Notes under the pieces: generated by a model
Databases searched by the model: none
What the model was told of the DNA's origin: nothing
What the model saw: the letters and a program-made list of their open reading frames with translations, nothing else
Position numbers and translations under genes: made by a program
Part shown: positions 1-13,041 of the stretch, in pieces
Layout: every line of letters starts with the position of its first letter
Position numbering within the stretch: position 1 is the first letter of the stretch
Source: the human T2T-CHM13v2.0 reference genome, Homo sapiens
Assembly (NCBI RefSeq): GCF_009914755.1
Contig: NC_060931.1
Reading direction: 5' to 3' (one strand)
Length of the DNA stretch: 64,000 nt

Positions 1-2020
1 AATGAACCAGGAATAGAGAACTTTCTACACCAGATACATGGCACCTGTGAAAAGCCAACAGCAAGCATGCAACTTAATGGTAAAGGATGCTTTCCCACTA
101 TGGTCAGAGATAAGAATAGGGTATATACTTTGACCTCTTCTAGTGAACACTGTACTAAAGATTTTATTCAGGGCAAATCGGCAACAAAAAAAAAAGAGTC
201 ACCCATATTGAACAGGAAGAAATAAAACTTGATTTGAAAATAACATTCTTGTATATAGAAAATTTTAAGGAATCCACTGAACGATAGAACTAGTAAATTA
301 TTTCAGCAATATTACAGCATACAAGATAAATGTGCAAAAATCAATTGCACACATCTACAATGAAAACCCCAAAATGAAATTAAGAAAACACTTCAATTTA
401 AAATAGCATCAAAAAAATAAATAATAATTAATTTGGAAAATGTGATACAAGATTTTACTCTGAAAATTAAAAATTATTGTTTAAAGAACGTCTAAATAAT
501 TAGCAAACATCTTCCACCCATGAATTGGAAGATTTAATATTGTAGTACTTTACAAGTTTAACTACAGATTTGACGTAATCCCTGCAAGTATCCCAACAGA
601 CTTCTGTCTAGAAATGGACAAGCTGATTTTAAAATACACATGGGATTATAAGGGACGCAAAATAGCCAAAATAGTCTTGATAAAAGAAAACCTATTAGGA
701 TAATTCACACCCCTGTGCTCCAAATCTTACGGCAAAGCATCAGTAATCAAGACAACACAATACTGATGAAGGAAAAATATATAGATTGATGGAAGAGAAT
801 TGAGAGTCCATATATAAAACTATGTGTCTCTAGTCAATGGATTCTTACAGTGGTGCCATGTGCAATTCAATGAGGAAGAGACAGTCTTTGAACAAACTGG
901 GTCAACAATGTACACGTGGATCGCCACTTGCAAAATAGTAAATTCGAACCCTTACCCCAAAGCATACAAAAATATTAACTCAAATGAATTTAAGACATAC
1001 ATACAAGAGCTAGAATAAAGCATATGCGAAAATCTTCAGGATTTTGGATCTAGCAAAGAAATAGCTGTAACACCAAAAACATGAGCAACAAAATAAAAAT
1101 TAGATATTTAAAATTTCTTAAAAATTAAAGACATTGGTGTTTCAAAGGACAACCAAGCAAGTCAAAAGGCAGCTCAAAAATTGTGAGAAAATATTTGAGA
1201 AACACATATCTATATGTCTGCATATATATGTATCTTCAATGTAGAAATATTGTTTTAACTCGGTAACAAAAATCCCAACTCAAAACTGATAAATGATAGG
1301 AATAGATGTGTATCCCAAGAAGATACACGAACGGTCAATAATCCCATAAAAAATACTCAACAGCATCACTCATCAGGCAACTACAAATCAAAACCACAGT
1401 TAGATACTCTATGGCTAGAACTGGCCTCTTTGGAAAACAGGTTGATGGCTTCTAAATACATTAAACATAGAATTGTCATATGACCCAGAAATTTATTCCC
1501 AGGTATACCCTCTGAGTATTGGAAAGAGGTGTTCAAACACAAATTGTACACCAGTATTTTAAAAGCAGTATTTAAAGTAGCCAAAGGCTGAACACAACTC
1601 AAATGTCAATAAAAATATTATTGGATAAACAAAATGTTATATCCATGAAATTGAATGTTATACAGTTATAAAAAGAAATAAAGTACCAATACACATATGA
1701 ACCTTGATAGCATTATGCCAATTGAAAGAATCCAGGCACATAAAGTCCACCTATTGTATGATTCTATTTAGATGAAAATAAAATAGGAAGATCTACAGAG
1801 ACATAAAACACATTTGTGGTTGCTTAGGATTGAGCAGGGAATGAGTGCATAGGAGGTTAACAGCTAGAGAAGGTGGGGTTTCTTTTTGAAGTGATGAAAA
1901 TGCTCTAAAATTCATTGTGATGATGGCTCCACTTATCTATGTATATACTAAAAGCCATTGACTTGTAGACATTAATATGTGCACTCTACAGTATGTAAAT
2001 TATATCTCAATAAATCCTTT
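1..2020 (+). mobile_element. Old LINE-1 (L1M class) degenerate ORF2 3' part and 3' UTR
   Basis: A-rich decayed ORF2-like sequence (aattggaagatttaatattgt, aagctgattttaaaatacacatgg), ending in the typical L1M 3' motif gtatgtaaattatatctcaataaa. Confidence 0.8.
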
Positions 2021-2074
2021 CAAAAATACACAGAAGACTAAGGGGTTTTGGACTGTTGCAGCTGGGAGGCAGTT

Positions 2075-2375
2075 TGAAATACTGAATAGGTCTCATCGAG
2101 AATGTAAGGTTTCAGTAAAGACTTGAGGAAGTTGAAAAAGCTGATCAATGGATATATGGAGGGTTATCTTTCGAAGCCAAGAAACTAACTAGAGTCTTGG
2201 TCATAAGACAGCAGCATGTTGGCATGTCCAGAGGACAGTGAGTTGGCCAGGACCACTGGTAAGATCAAGGGTGAAGACATGAAAGAATTTTGGCGGTTAA
2301 CATGCGGCAGATCACGATGGGCTTGCAGACCATTGTAAGAATTGTGTCTTTTAGTGTAAATGTAATGGGGAGACA
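2075..2375 (-). mobile_element. L2 LINE fragment (probable)
   Basis: Resembles antisense L2 3' region (aaggtttcagtaaagacttgagg ... gggcttgcagaccattgtaagaatt ... gtaatgggga). Confidence 0.5.
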
Positions 2376-4079
2376 AATCATTATCCCATTATCAATATTT
2401 TAATAAATTGGATCCATGAACCAAATCCAATGAGATTAAATCAATTAGTAATAATATGCAAATTTGTATTAAAATTACAAGAATTCCTTGCACATTTGAG
2501 AACAGGAGAGTCATGATTGTTTATCAGCAATAATAAACTATTAATTTTAATTGTCATCAGCTAATTGAGATTAATTGCAATACATCATGCTTTATAATGT
2601 GACTGTCAAAAGGAAAATATGATTGTAATCTTATACTACATCTATCAATGTCTTTGATTCGTAGGACTATAGAATAAGCCCCTAGTTTTCAAAGCCAACT
2701 GATGAGGCAGCAACATCTTATGCAAGTTTGCTGCTTTCTGCCACAGTGGTCCTTGGTCAGCTGGCACAAATTGTCTTACAAACACCACTAGGTCTAAAAA
2801 ACGTTTGGATCAGAATGAACACAGAAACACCTTCATCCCTTCAGAAACACCTATCAATTTGTTCCAATACAGAATGAAAAATTGACAACGGAAGTATGTT
2901 GATTGTAAAAATGCCAGATAGCTTGCATCTACATGAAAGAAAAATGCCATTTTTATTACAATAGATCATTGTTTTACATGAGTTTTGATATAGCACAATG
3001 TTGAACCAAGGGCAAAGAGAGATGAATGAAGTCTTAAGATATCAAGAATTTGAAAGAAAAGGCAGGTCATCTTTGAAGGTTAGTGACATAGCATTCATCT
3101 TCTGTTGTCACCTTTTCCGTCATTCCCTGTATGCCTGATGGACAGCTTTCACTCAAGTTCAGAGAACAGCATGCAAAGATTAGCTACCAACTAATTTTTA
3201 TGAAGTGAGCTTAATTTCTAGCCAGACTGAGCTCACGTTTTAGCAGGAAGCATTTTTGGGAAATGTTTATGTTAGAGTTTGCCCTTCTTGACAAGGTGAG
3301 ACATAAATGTCTACTTTATAGACATGAATTAAGATGCGAAGATATTTGGGGGAAACATTTTCTCAAATGCTAAATAACAAAGGTACACAAAGGGGAAATT
3401 ATACTAGATTTATTTCCCACTTGTTTTCTATGTCTCATGCAATTCACCTTGATTCCCTTCAGTTTCTGTTTTATGTGGAAAGTGGCATTTTCATTATTTT
3501 AAGCTTCTAGCACAATGAAAGAATTTCTCTTTTTCATGAACTGCATCATAAATGAAAGGGAGGAAGAGTGTCCAATATCATATTTATTGTTCAACAAAAC
3601 ACTGCTCCACTGCTTAAATTCAGTTTAAAAAATAGAATTTATTGAACATCTAACACATCCATAAAAGGCAATAAAGACAAATGAGAAGAGGGCAGGATAT
3701 TGAAGTATACAGAATTAATGCTGAGTTTTGTATCTTAGTAAGTTACTGCACCTTAGAGAGACTCAATTTCCCCTGATTTAGGAAGGCTATGCTAATGGGT
3801 ATTGCATAGGTGTAAGCATAAAAATGTTGTATTTAAGAGAATCCCACAAGCTTGGTATAAGGCAGAAAATAAATAGATGGGACATTAATGAGTAGTTTAT
3901 TACATTTGTATGCTACCTGCAGACTAGAGGAAGCAAGAAACACAGCCACTATGCTTGGTTAGCATTATATTCTAATTTGGAATATAAATAGAAAAGAGAA
4001 AAATAGAAAGCTATGCATAAACACATGCATTAAAATGAATTTTATGTGGACTCTTTCAGGAAAATGTTCCTAATGTAGT

Positions 4080-4700
4080 TTATTTTTTTATTGTGGTAAA
4101 ATACACATAACATAAAATGTACTCTGTTAACCATTTTATGTGTACAGTTCAGTGGTACTAGAGTCATAACATTGTGCAACCATCCCTACCATCCATCTCC
4201 ATAACTCGATTCATCTTGTGAAACTGAAACTCTATACCCAATAAACAGTATTTCCCCATGCCTTCCTCCCCCCAGCTTCTGGCAATCATCATTGTACCAT
4301 CTCTGAGATTCTGTCCACTTTAAGTCCTTATACAAATGGAATTATACTGTATTTGTTCTTCACTGACTAACTTATTTCACTTGGCATAATATCCTCAAGT
4401 TTCATCCAAGTTGCAATATATGTCAGTATACTTCCCTCATGTTTAAGGCTGAATAATTTTCCATTGTATGTATATATCATGTTTTGCTTATCCATTCATC
4501 TGTTGTTGGACACTTCAATTGCTTCTATGTTTTAGCTATTGCCAATAATGCTGCCGCAAACATGCATGTGCAAATACTTTTTCAAGACTCTGTTTTCAAT
4601 TCTTTTGCTATCTTGAGATGTGGGGCTGCCGAATCATAAGGCAATACAATTTTGATGTTTTGAGGAACTACCATACTCTTTTCCACAGCAAACATAGGGT
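4080..4700 (-). mobile_element. L1MB-type 3' end fragment
   Basis: ttttttattgtggtaaaatacacataacataaaatgtac...gtgtacagttcagtgg and tccattcatctgttgttggacact are typical antisense L1M 3' UTR motifs. Confidence 0.8.
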
Positions 4701-7700
4701 TTGGCATTCCCTCCAATATTGCAAAAGGAATCGCCACATCCTTGCCTGTGGATTTTATTCACAAGTCCTGTGGCTCTCTCTATATCCCGGCCACCATGTG
4801 TTATTTCCTGTTTATATATATGACATCAAAGGTGCAGGAAGTAATGAACTAAATTGGAAGGATTAACATGTATAAAAATAGAGGCAAATACTGACTACAT
4901 AAAAAAACAAGAATAAGAATTTTGGATGATCTATCTATTGTATATCTATTTATCTAACATCTATCTGTTCCTCCATCTGTAATTAAAATACATTACAGTT
5001 AGAGAACAGAGAAAAAAGTAGGAATACATGAATTTAAATTTTAATTCTTCTTAGATTGTCTCACAGCACCATTATATGACAGAAAATTTTTGGGTCAGTA
5101 TCTGTTAACTATAAATGTAACATTTTTAAAGTATTCAAATACATAGAATTACAGCATGAATAACATATTACAATCCATTCAAGTTTATTTTGTTCCAGGA
5201 ACACAAAAATACAAATTTCATTTGCAATTCAAGAAAAACAGAAACCGATACATATGATTGATGTATATACACATTTAATGTATTTTTAAATATACATTTA
5301 TAAAAAATAAAATTTTTCTAGGACAACTACTTAAAATATCACTGAAAATAGTGTTATTAGATAATACCTTCCTAATAACTCTGGTATTACATAAGAAAAC
5401 AAAATTAAAACTTCAGAGAAGCTTAGAAACTAAAAATTTTAAAAATATTATTCTGTTCTCCATATGTTCATATTTAATATTATTTCTTGTTTTCATTCTT
5501 CTTCAGTGTTGCGCTACTAAAATATAACATACAATAGTTACTTTTGATTTCTGTTCTTATTACTCAAAATTGTATACATTTTCTCATGCTCTTCATTTAG
5601 CTATGCAACTTTTCTTTACTCCTGGAATTTTCACATTTGTGTTCACTCTCTTTTGAGTTCCCATAGTATCAAATAAGCTGTTTGCCCTCTTTCTGATTTG
5701 AAGGTTCATCTTCTCATAATTATTTTGTCCATTCAGTTTCTTTTCATTCTCAATTAGGTGCCTCTCATCTGGCTTCTTTTCATTTGTAAGGTTTCCTTTC
5801 ATCTTAAGCCAGTCTTTTATTTATATTTTGATTCTGTTTTTTGGAGGACATGCTTCCCTGAATTTTAAGGGAGAGGCCAAAAGGTTTGTTCAAGTTTTTA
5901 CCTGATACATTGGATTAAATTATCTAATGTACACACCCTTAATTTAAGTCTAGGGGCGACTGTGTCTACTCTCGATTTTGTATAGTATTATTTTTCTTAA
6001 CATCCAAGTCCATCTTCATCTATTTGTATATGATCAATAAAAATATATTTGTCCAGAACCCTGCTTTGGTGGAGTTACTTCTTTCTAAGTAGGAGAAGTA
6101 GCAGTTGAGACATGAGCTGGGTTCTGGGTCAGTTTAGAGGGCTGGGCGACATTCCTCCTTTTGGTCTGTATGACTGAATGAATGCGGTTCTTGCTGTCTC
6201 GCTCCTCTCCTTAACACATTGAGCCATTGCAGCAGATGAGAAGGAATAATCCTGATCTGCCATTCAGGTGGAACACTTGTTCTCTCCAACCACATCCATA
6301 GGTTGTACTCACACTCGGCCAGAATGTATCCTGTCAATGATGTGGAGATGTATCTAGCTATCTAGATAGATATCTACTTTGGTTTATGCTCTCTGGTTGC
6401 CCGTAAATTATCTCCTTAAAGTGAATATCAAAAGAGAGCTTGGTGATGGCAGTGTTATAAAATCCTCAAAATGCAGCACCCACACGCAGAGGAATTTGTA
6501 GATTCTGGGATTCTAATTCAGATACCAAACTATATAAAAGGGACATTGGTCATTGAGGGTTGCTAGGCTCTTTGTGGAGCATATTTGCTCTTTTCGTGAC
6601 TTTAAAATTATTTTAAAAATCTAACCTTTTTCTCGGTGTGCTGCAAGATGATTTGATTTTAATGCACAAGCACTAATTCTCCCCTAAGATTTGTACAATA
6701 TATTTGCTCTGACAAGCCATAGCCAGCAACTCACTTCACAGCAATTTATAGCATTTCCACGACAGTTTGAATTATTTTTAACTAGACTCTCTTTGCCTTA
6801 AGAGAAATATGAAGAAGCAATATACTTGTTCTAGTTAGGTTCAAAAGTTGGCAGTCTCTCTCCTGGAAAGAATAATAAAACTTTTCAGAGGCCTAATATG
6901 CATCAATAGACACACACACATGCAAGCACTATTCATAATATTTAAAGCATATTCTGTTCTATGACTTCATTTGTCTAGCACAAAATAAAACGATCTCAGT
7001 ATATGTCAAGTACCAATTTTTTCGTATGGCCAATTATAGGTATTTTAATTTTTAAAGATTAGAGTGTTCTTGAAGCTCTTTCTATTTCTTTGTCAATGAA
7101 CTAAACATTGGCAAATATGTAGGGTTTCCCACATAAGAACACTAGTAACATCAAAATAGAAAGCTGGTGGTAGAAATAATGATTGGGAACGCAGAGTCTC
7201 TACTCAGCGTTCTACTTCTGCCATACCATAACTTTGTGATCTCACGAAATATCTCTCCATGTTCTCATCCCTATGTATAGTTCTGTCATTTTTCATTAAG
7301 AGCTTTTTGCTTAATTATGAAGTACTAGTTATTATAACCATTATTTTGAGCTTCATGTAAATCAAGAACACACGGACTCCACTTGCAAAACATTGAAAAT
7401 GTAGTTAGGGATTGGGGGCACAAAGCAACATTTTAAAATGTGTAAAGACAATATGTAAGCAACAAAGTGTCCAATTTGTTAGGCGAAAGTTGCATACGTC
7501 AGGAAAAGGCAGGATTAAGTAACAGAGAATTTGAATGATAACTGGCCAATTGGTGTCATTTACAATTGCAAGTCATACAAATGAAGTTTGCTTTTTTACA
7601 GAGAAAAGGAGTTAGTTAGAATGGGTCAACCTATTGGGGAAGCAAGGTAGTTAGAGACAATGCCCAAAACCATGTGAGCAAATGCTCTGTAGAGCGCACC

Positions 7701-8692
7701 CCTGCAATGCTGCCATTGTGAGGCCAAGTCTCTCCTTGTCTTGGTACTGAGCCCTCCATTCTGCCTCCATCATTGCCACTGTAGCTGCCACAAAATGATC
7801 CCTCAACCACCGCTGCCCAGGAACAAAGAAAGAATTCTGTCCTTCCGCGCTCTCAGATCAATTTCCAACATCAGGTGAGACTTTGATGGGCACTATTCAG
7901 TTCCCATATCCCTGAAATAGATGCAGTAAAACATAGAAATTGCCTATGTGTTTACCAATAAGACACATATGGAAGCCTGTTTTCCCACAACAGGAAGGGG
8001 TTTCCACGATGGGTGCTCAAAGGAACAATATTCCCTGTAAACCATACTTTGCCCATATGAAGAAGAGCAATAAGGATTATTTAGTAAATAGACATGGAAA
8101 CTCATCCAGGGTTGGCTGATGAGAAGCTGGTTAGAAAGGGGGTGTGCCTTTAGTTAGGACAAGGTCTGTGCTTCCCACGGGTTCTCTCCACAGCAGGAGG
8201 GATGCAAACTTCCCTTTCCTCCCCTGCACCTACCCGCAAATGGCCCAGAAGTCTTCAGGTGCTAGAATTTCTCAATTAATGCTGCACAAAATAACAGACA
8301 GCCTTGACTGTCACGGTCTATTCTCATGAAGCTAGTCTCTGCTTACTACATAAAACAGAAGAGTAAGAACAAGGGTGTTAAACACTACCCTAGCTCAAAC
8401 AAGTTTCTCTCTGTAGGATGCCAAGAACCTGGGAACCAGTGCATCTGCTGCTTTCCCTTCTCGGAATCTAGCCCAGACAAAAAAGGCAAGGGACATTTCT
8501 TCAGAGGCCTTGAGCTTCACTACACAATGCCCCAGGCTCTACATGCACCCTCTTTATATATTTCTACCTCGAAAAAATTTTTTATATAATATTAATAATA
8601 TATATTTTTACATAAGGAACACATATGTTTATTTTATAGATAGATATAGATATACATAGATAAAGATCTCTAGTCTGCCTTTTTTAAAGCTG

Positions 8693-8983
8693 GGCTGATC
8701 ACAGTGCCCCAAAACTATAATCCCAGCACTTTGGGAGGCCAAGGTGGCCAGGTCTTTTGAGTCCAGGAGATGCAGATCAGGCAGGGCAACATAGTGAAAC
8801 CCCATCTTTACAAAAATTAGCTAGTATGGTGTCATGCACTTGCAGTCCCTGCTACTCAGGAGACTGAGGTGGGAGAATCGCTTGAGCACAGTATGTGAAG
8901 GCTTCAGTGAGCTCTGATCACATGACTGCACTCCATCTTGGGTGACAAAGTGAGACCCTCTCTCAAAATAAAATAAAATAAAA
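8693..8983 (+). mobile_element. Alu (old, AluJ-like)
   Basis: aatcccagcactttgggaggccaagg ... gagaatcgcttgagc ... gcactccatcttgggtgacaaagtgagaccc followed by an A-rich tail. Confidence 0.92.
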
Positions 8984-10015
8984 AGGCTACCACCATACTC
9001 ACAGATAAGTGTGTCAGGTATATTTTCAGCTATCTTTCCTATATTCTATTTGGTAAAAAAAAAATTGCGAAGAACTCTTCTCATTCTAGATTTTTGTATT
9101 AATTAGACATTTGAAGTTTATAGCAGAAGAGCTATAATCATGTTTGGTATGTGTACTCTATAGACCAGATAGTGCACACATATATCAATGCTTTTTAAAA
9201 GTATATAAGGTTATTAGAAATATTTTAAACTACCTATAGGTATATATGTATCTAGTTGAACTATCAAATGCAAGTAAGATCATTTCCTTAGCGTGTGAAA
9301 TGCACTCAATTTATCAAAATATTTTCTAATGTCTATTACAATAATATTTCTTAATTAGCTAACATAAGAGGAGTTTTAAGACATTTATTTATATGTACTT
9401 ACTAGATTCAAACTCGATTCCACTATTTTCAGAAATCATGCTCCGAGACAAGTCCTTTTTTTATCTAACTATGTTTCTACCTATATTAAAAGACAGATAT
9501 GTCAATTTTGCTAATCATGCTGTTCCAAACCTTTCCATCCTATTTTTCGGTTTGTTCTATCAGTCATTCAGAGACTTACTTGTATTCAAATTTCTCTCTA
9601 GGTTTAACATTTGTGTATGTCTTCTTGTGTTTTTTTCTATTTTTGCTGTATATAATTTAAGACATTTATTGACATATATCATACATGCAGAAAAGTACAA
9701 TGATTAAATATGGATAGCTTCATTAATGAAACACATGTATTTGCTTATAACCATGTATGAAAATAGAACATTACTAAAAATAGAGATACTTCTCCTGCCC
9801 CTTTCCAAACACTAACCCTCATCCTCAATAGAAACAGATATTTTTTTTATCATAGAGTAATTTGGTCTATTTTCAAATTTTTATTAAATAAATCAGAGTA
9901 TCTACTCTAAGCCTATGTTTCTTTCACTGTTGTTATTTTGCTTATAGTATTTATCTGCTAATGGACATGGTAGATTAAAGATGGCTACATACACATTTTT
10001 TAATTAATAGATTTT

Positions 10016-10153
10016 TTGAGCACTTTGTGGCTCATGCCTCTAATCCCACCACTTTGGGAGGCTGAGGTGCATGGATCATGAGGTCAGGAGATTGAGACCA
10101 TACTGGCCAACGTGGTAAAACCCCTTCTCTATTAAAATACAAAAAATTAGCTG
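10016..10153 (+). mobile_element. Alu left monomer, 3'-truncated just after the linker
   Basis: gtggctcatgcctctaatcccaccactttgggaggctgagg...aatacaaaaaattagctg, then an abrupt switch to non-Alu sequence. Confidence 0.9.
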
Positions 10154-10299
10154 ATAGATAACATCAAGATAACATGTGGGTTCTAAGCTGCACTGAGTTA
10201 AGCCTACTTACATCTTTGTTTGTCTTCCTCTGCACTTTTCCTTCCACATCACACTCCAGGAATGCCAAGCTGTGCTGGCCTTCTACCCCATTTCGACTA

Positions 10300-11452
10300 T
10301 TTTGCCCCCGCCGATGTGGCTTTTTGCTGTCGTGTATTTTTGACCCCGCCGCTGCGGGTTTTTGTGGCTTTCTGTCCCCGCCGCCGTTGCTTTCTGCCCC
10401 CGCTGCCGTGGCTTTCTGCCCCCGGCCTCACGGAATTTAGCCCCTGCCGCCGCGGCTTTTTGGGGCTCTTTGCCCTTGCCGCCGTGGCTTTTTGACCCCG
10501 CAGCTTTTTGCGTCTTTCTCCCCTGCCGCCGCGGCTTCTTGCCCCACTGCCCGGGCTTTTTGTGGCTTTCTGCCCCGCCGCCATGGCTTTTAGCTGCTAT
10601 TTGCCCCTGCCACCACAGCTTTTTGCCCCCGCCGCTGCGGCCCCTTGCCCCCTAAGTGGTTTCCTGCCCCCGCCGCAGCAGCTTTTTATCACCCCAGCCG
10701 CTTTTTGCCCCCGCCCCCACGGGTTTTTGCCCCTGCTGCCGAGGGCTTTTGCGCCTTCATGTCCCCGCCGTCGTGTCTTTATGCCACCCCTGCTTTTTAC
10801 CCCCTCCGCCGTGGCTTTTTGCGGCTTTTGGCACCGGACATCGCGGCTTTTTGAGGCTTTTTGCCCCCGCCGCCGCGGCTTTTTGCTGCCGTGGCATTTT
10901 GCTGCCGTCGCACCGCTTTCCCCCTCCGTGCCTTTTTGCCCCCGCCGCCGCATGTTTTTGCCGCTGTGGCTTCTTACCCCGCCACCGTGGCTTTTTGCCC
11001 CTGCCATCCCGGGTTTCTGCCCCCGATGTTGTGGCTTTTTACGGCTTTTCGCCCCCGTCACCACAGCTTTTTGCCCCCGCCGCCATGGCTTTTTGCTCCC
11101 CCCACCGCAGCTTTTTGTCGCCGCAGCTGTTTGCCTCGGCCGCCATGGCTTGTTGCCCCCCTCACTGTGGCTTGTTGCCCCCATCGCCCCGGCTTTTTCC
11201 GCCACCGCCCCGGGTTTTTGAACCCACCGTAGCGGCTTTTTGTGCCCACCGCCGCACCTTTTTGTGGCTTTTCGCCCCCGCTGCCACGGCTTTTTGCCCC
11301 CATCACCGTGGCTTTTTCCACGACTCCGCGGCTTTTTGCCGACACGGCTTTTTACTCCCACCACCACAGGTTTTTGCCGCTGTGGCTTTTTCACCTCACC
11401 ATCGCGGGTTTTTGCCTCCACCGCCGTGGCTTTTTGCCCCCACTGCTGCGGG
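10300..11452. repeat. GC-rich degenerate tandem repeat, unit ~20-21 bp (GGCTTTTTGCCCCCGCCGCCG), resembling GGGCAAAAAGCCG-type hominoid pericentromeric repeats
   Basis: Dozens of ggctttttgcccccgccgcc variants are directly visible; the + strand is A-poor, which explains the spurious long ORFs on both strands. Confidence 0.93.
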
Positions 11453-11834
11453 TCTGAGGGCGGGATCAGCAGACTCAGCTGCCAGATCTATCGTCGTCCT
11501 GGCTAAGGCAGCGCAGAGGGTCACTCCTGGTCCAGCTCTCCCGGTTTGGGGGTTCCTTGCCTAGACACCTGCGCCCCAGGCTCTGTTCCTGGGCCACTGC
11601 AGCCTGCATAGAGTGGCACTGTGCTCGGCCCCAATGGGAGAGAAGAAGGAGAGCGGTGGAGGGGGTGATGCAGCTATCGTGGAGGGAGGCGGAGGGGACA
11701 CAGCCAGCCAGGTGCTGCAGCATTGCGGGCAGCTCCAGAAGCTCATCGACATCTCTGTTGGCAGCCTGCGCGGGCTGTGCACCGAGTGCTCTGTGTCCAA
11801 GGACCTCACCCAGCAGGAGATACGGACCGTGCAG
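11453..11834 (+). pseudogene. KSR1: Duplicated (unprocessed) fragment of KSR1 exon 1: 5' UTR plus codons 1-77 (KSR1P-type pseudogene)
   Basis: Frame 11604-11834 reads [77 protein letters not shown], colinear with the KSR1 N-terminus as recalled ([24 protein letters not shown]...[40 protein letters not shown]). The start ATG is CTG at 11604. Similarity ends at a donor CAG|GTAAGG (11834/11835). The 5' boundary is approximate. Confidence 0.93.
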
Positions 11835-11840
11835 GTAAGG
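11832..11840 (+). promoter_or_regulatory. Intact 5' splice donor of the KSR1-derived exon 1
   Basis: CAG|GTAAGG, phase 0, exactly where KSR1 protein similarity stops. Confidence 0.85.
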
Positions 11841-12657
11841 GGGTTGGGGACCAGGGCTGGGCTCCAGCACTGGACTGGACACCTCCCTCGGGGCCCCAGT
11901 TCACTCCTGGCTGAGTTGCATCCTTGAGCCTGCGTCACCCCCTTGGAGGCTTCTCCTCCCTCCTGCACTCGCTGATGCAGCAGCCAGAGGACCCGGGATC
12001 AGCCCTCACCTTGGGCAGGATTTGTGGGATGGGTGCGTGTTGGGAACTGTGATGGAGGCTCGAGGGGCCCGTGGCAGGGTGGGCTGCGCGTGGACATCCC
12101 CTTACGCCCCGAATTTCCATCTGGTGCAGGCTTTTCATCTTGTAGGTGAGGAAACCAAAGGCCTGAGGGAGAAATGACTTGCCAGGAACCCCTGTTAAGG
12201 AAAATTAACAAAGTGTGGTTATCAAAGGAGAACTGAGTTCGGATTCAGACCTGGAGTCCCACAACCTTGCTTAAGACATTATACCACCTTGAGTCTGGCC
12301 TGTTGACTGAGGGTGAGCCACTCCATCCTCATCTGATTGTGGGGTCTTGACCTCAAGGGGTTCCCTGCAGGAAGAAGCAAATGGGTTTGCTTTCCTAGCT
12401 CTGTCCAGTACCTTAGGGACCCTGAGAACTGGAAAGATTCTTGGAGAGCCATGTGGTGTATGTCATGGGTGGGCCTTGTTTGAAGGTCAGTCTGCCCAGT
12501 GGGCTGGCTCAGCCCGAATGAACTGTCTTGAATCTTTGTAGATGTCTGTGTACTTTTAAGGGTTTCTCATCCTTGCAACAAAAGATCCCCTGGAAATTAG
12601 GTGGGAAAACCTTAACTTTTGTGGGGCCTTGTGTTTGTCTTAAAAGTTCATGCACAT

Positions 12658-12918
12658 AGCCAGGTGTGGTGGCTCACGCCTGTTATCCTGTCCTGGATCC
12701 CTTGAGTCAAGGAGTTTGAGACCAACCTGGACAATATAATGAGACCTCATCTCTACAAAAAATAAAATGTTAGCCAGGAGTGGTTGTGCGCATCTGTAGT
12801 CCTAGCTACTACTGTGGCTGAGGTGGGAGGAGCACTTGAGCCTGCACTGAGCTGTGATCTCACCAGTGTATTCCAGCCTGGGCCACAGAGCAACACCTTG
12901 ACTCAAAAAAAAAAAAAA
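12658..12918 (+). mobile_element. Alu (AluJ-like) with small internal deletion; mirror copy begins at 63948-64000 (-)
   Basis: gccaggtgtggtggctcacgcctg...ggagtttgagaccaacctgg...ccagcctgggccacagagc with an A14 tail. Confidence 0.9.
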
Positions 12919-13041
12919 CCAACAAGAAAAATTCTTGAAGATTTTGCATTCTGTCCCACTATCCAATGGTTTTCATGTCAAGATAATGTCAGAAATTCTT
13001 TACAATTGCTTCCAGAAGGAGTAGCCATTTGATCTAGTGCA

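Noticed and set aside
10300-11452. CRISPR-like array
   Set aside because: Degenerate head-to-tail units without unique spacers, in primate DNA with no cas genes.
10174-11564. Many long overlapping ORFs (up to 302 aa) on both strands
   Set aside because: Products of a stop-poor GC-rich tandem repeat; the translations are low-complexity repeats.
11604-11834. The functional KSR1 gene
   Set aside because: Start codon mutated, many substitutions, upstream region is a tandem repeat and no downstream exons are recognisable.
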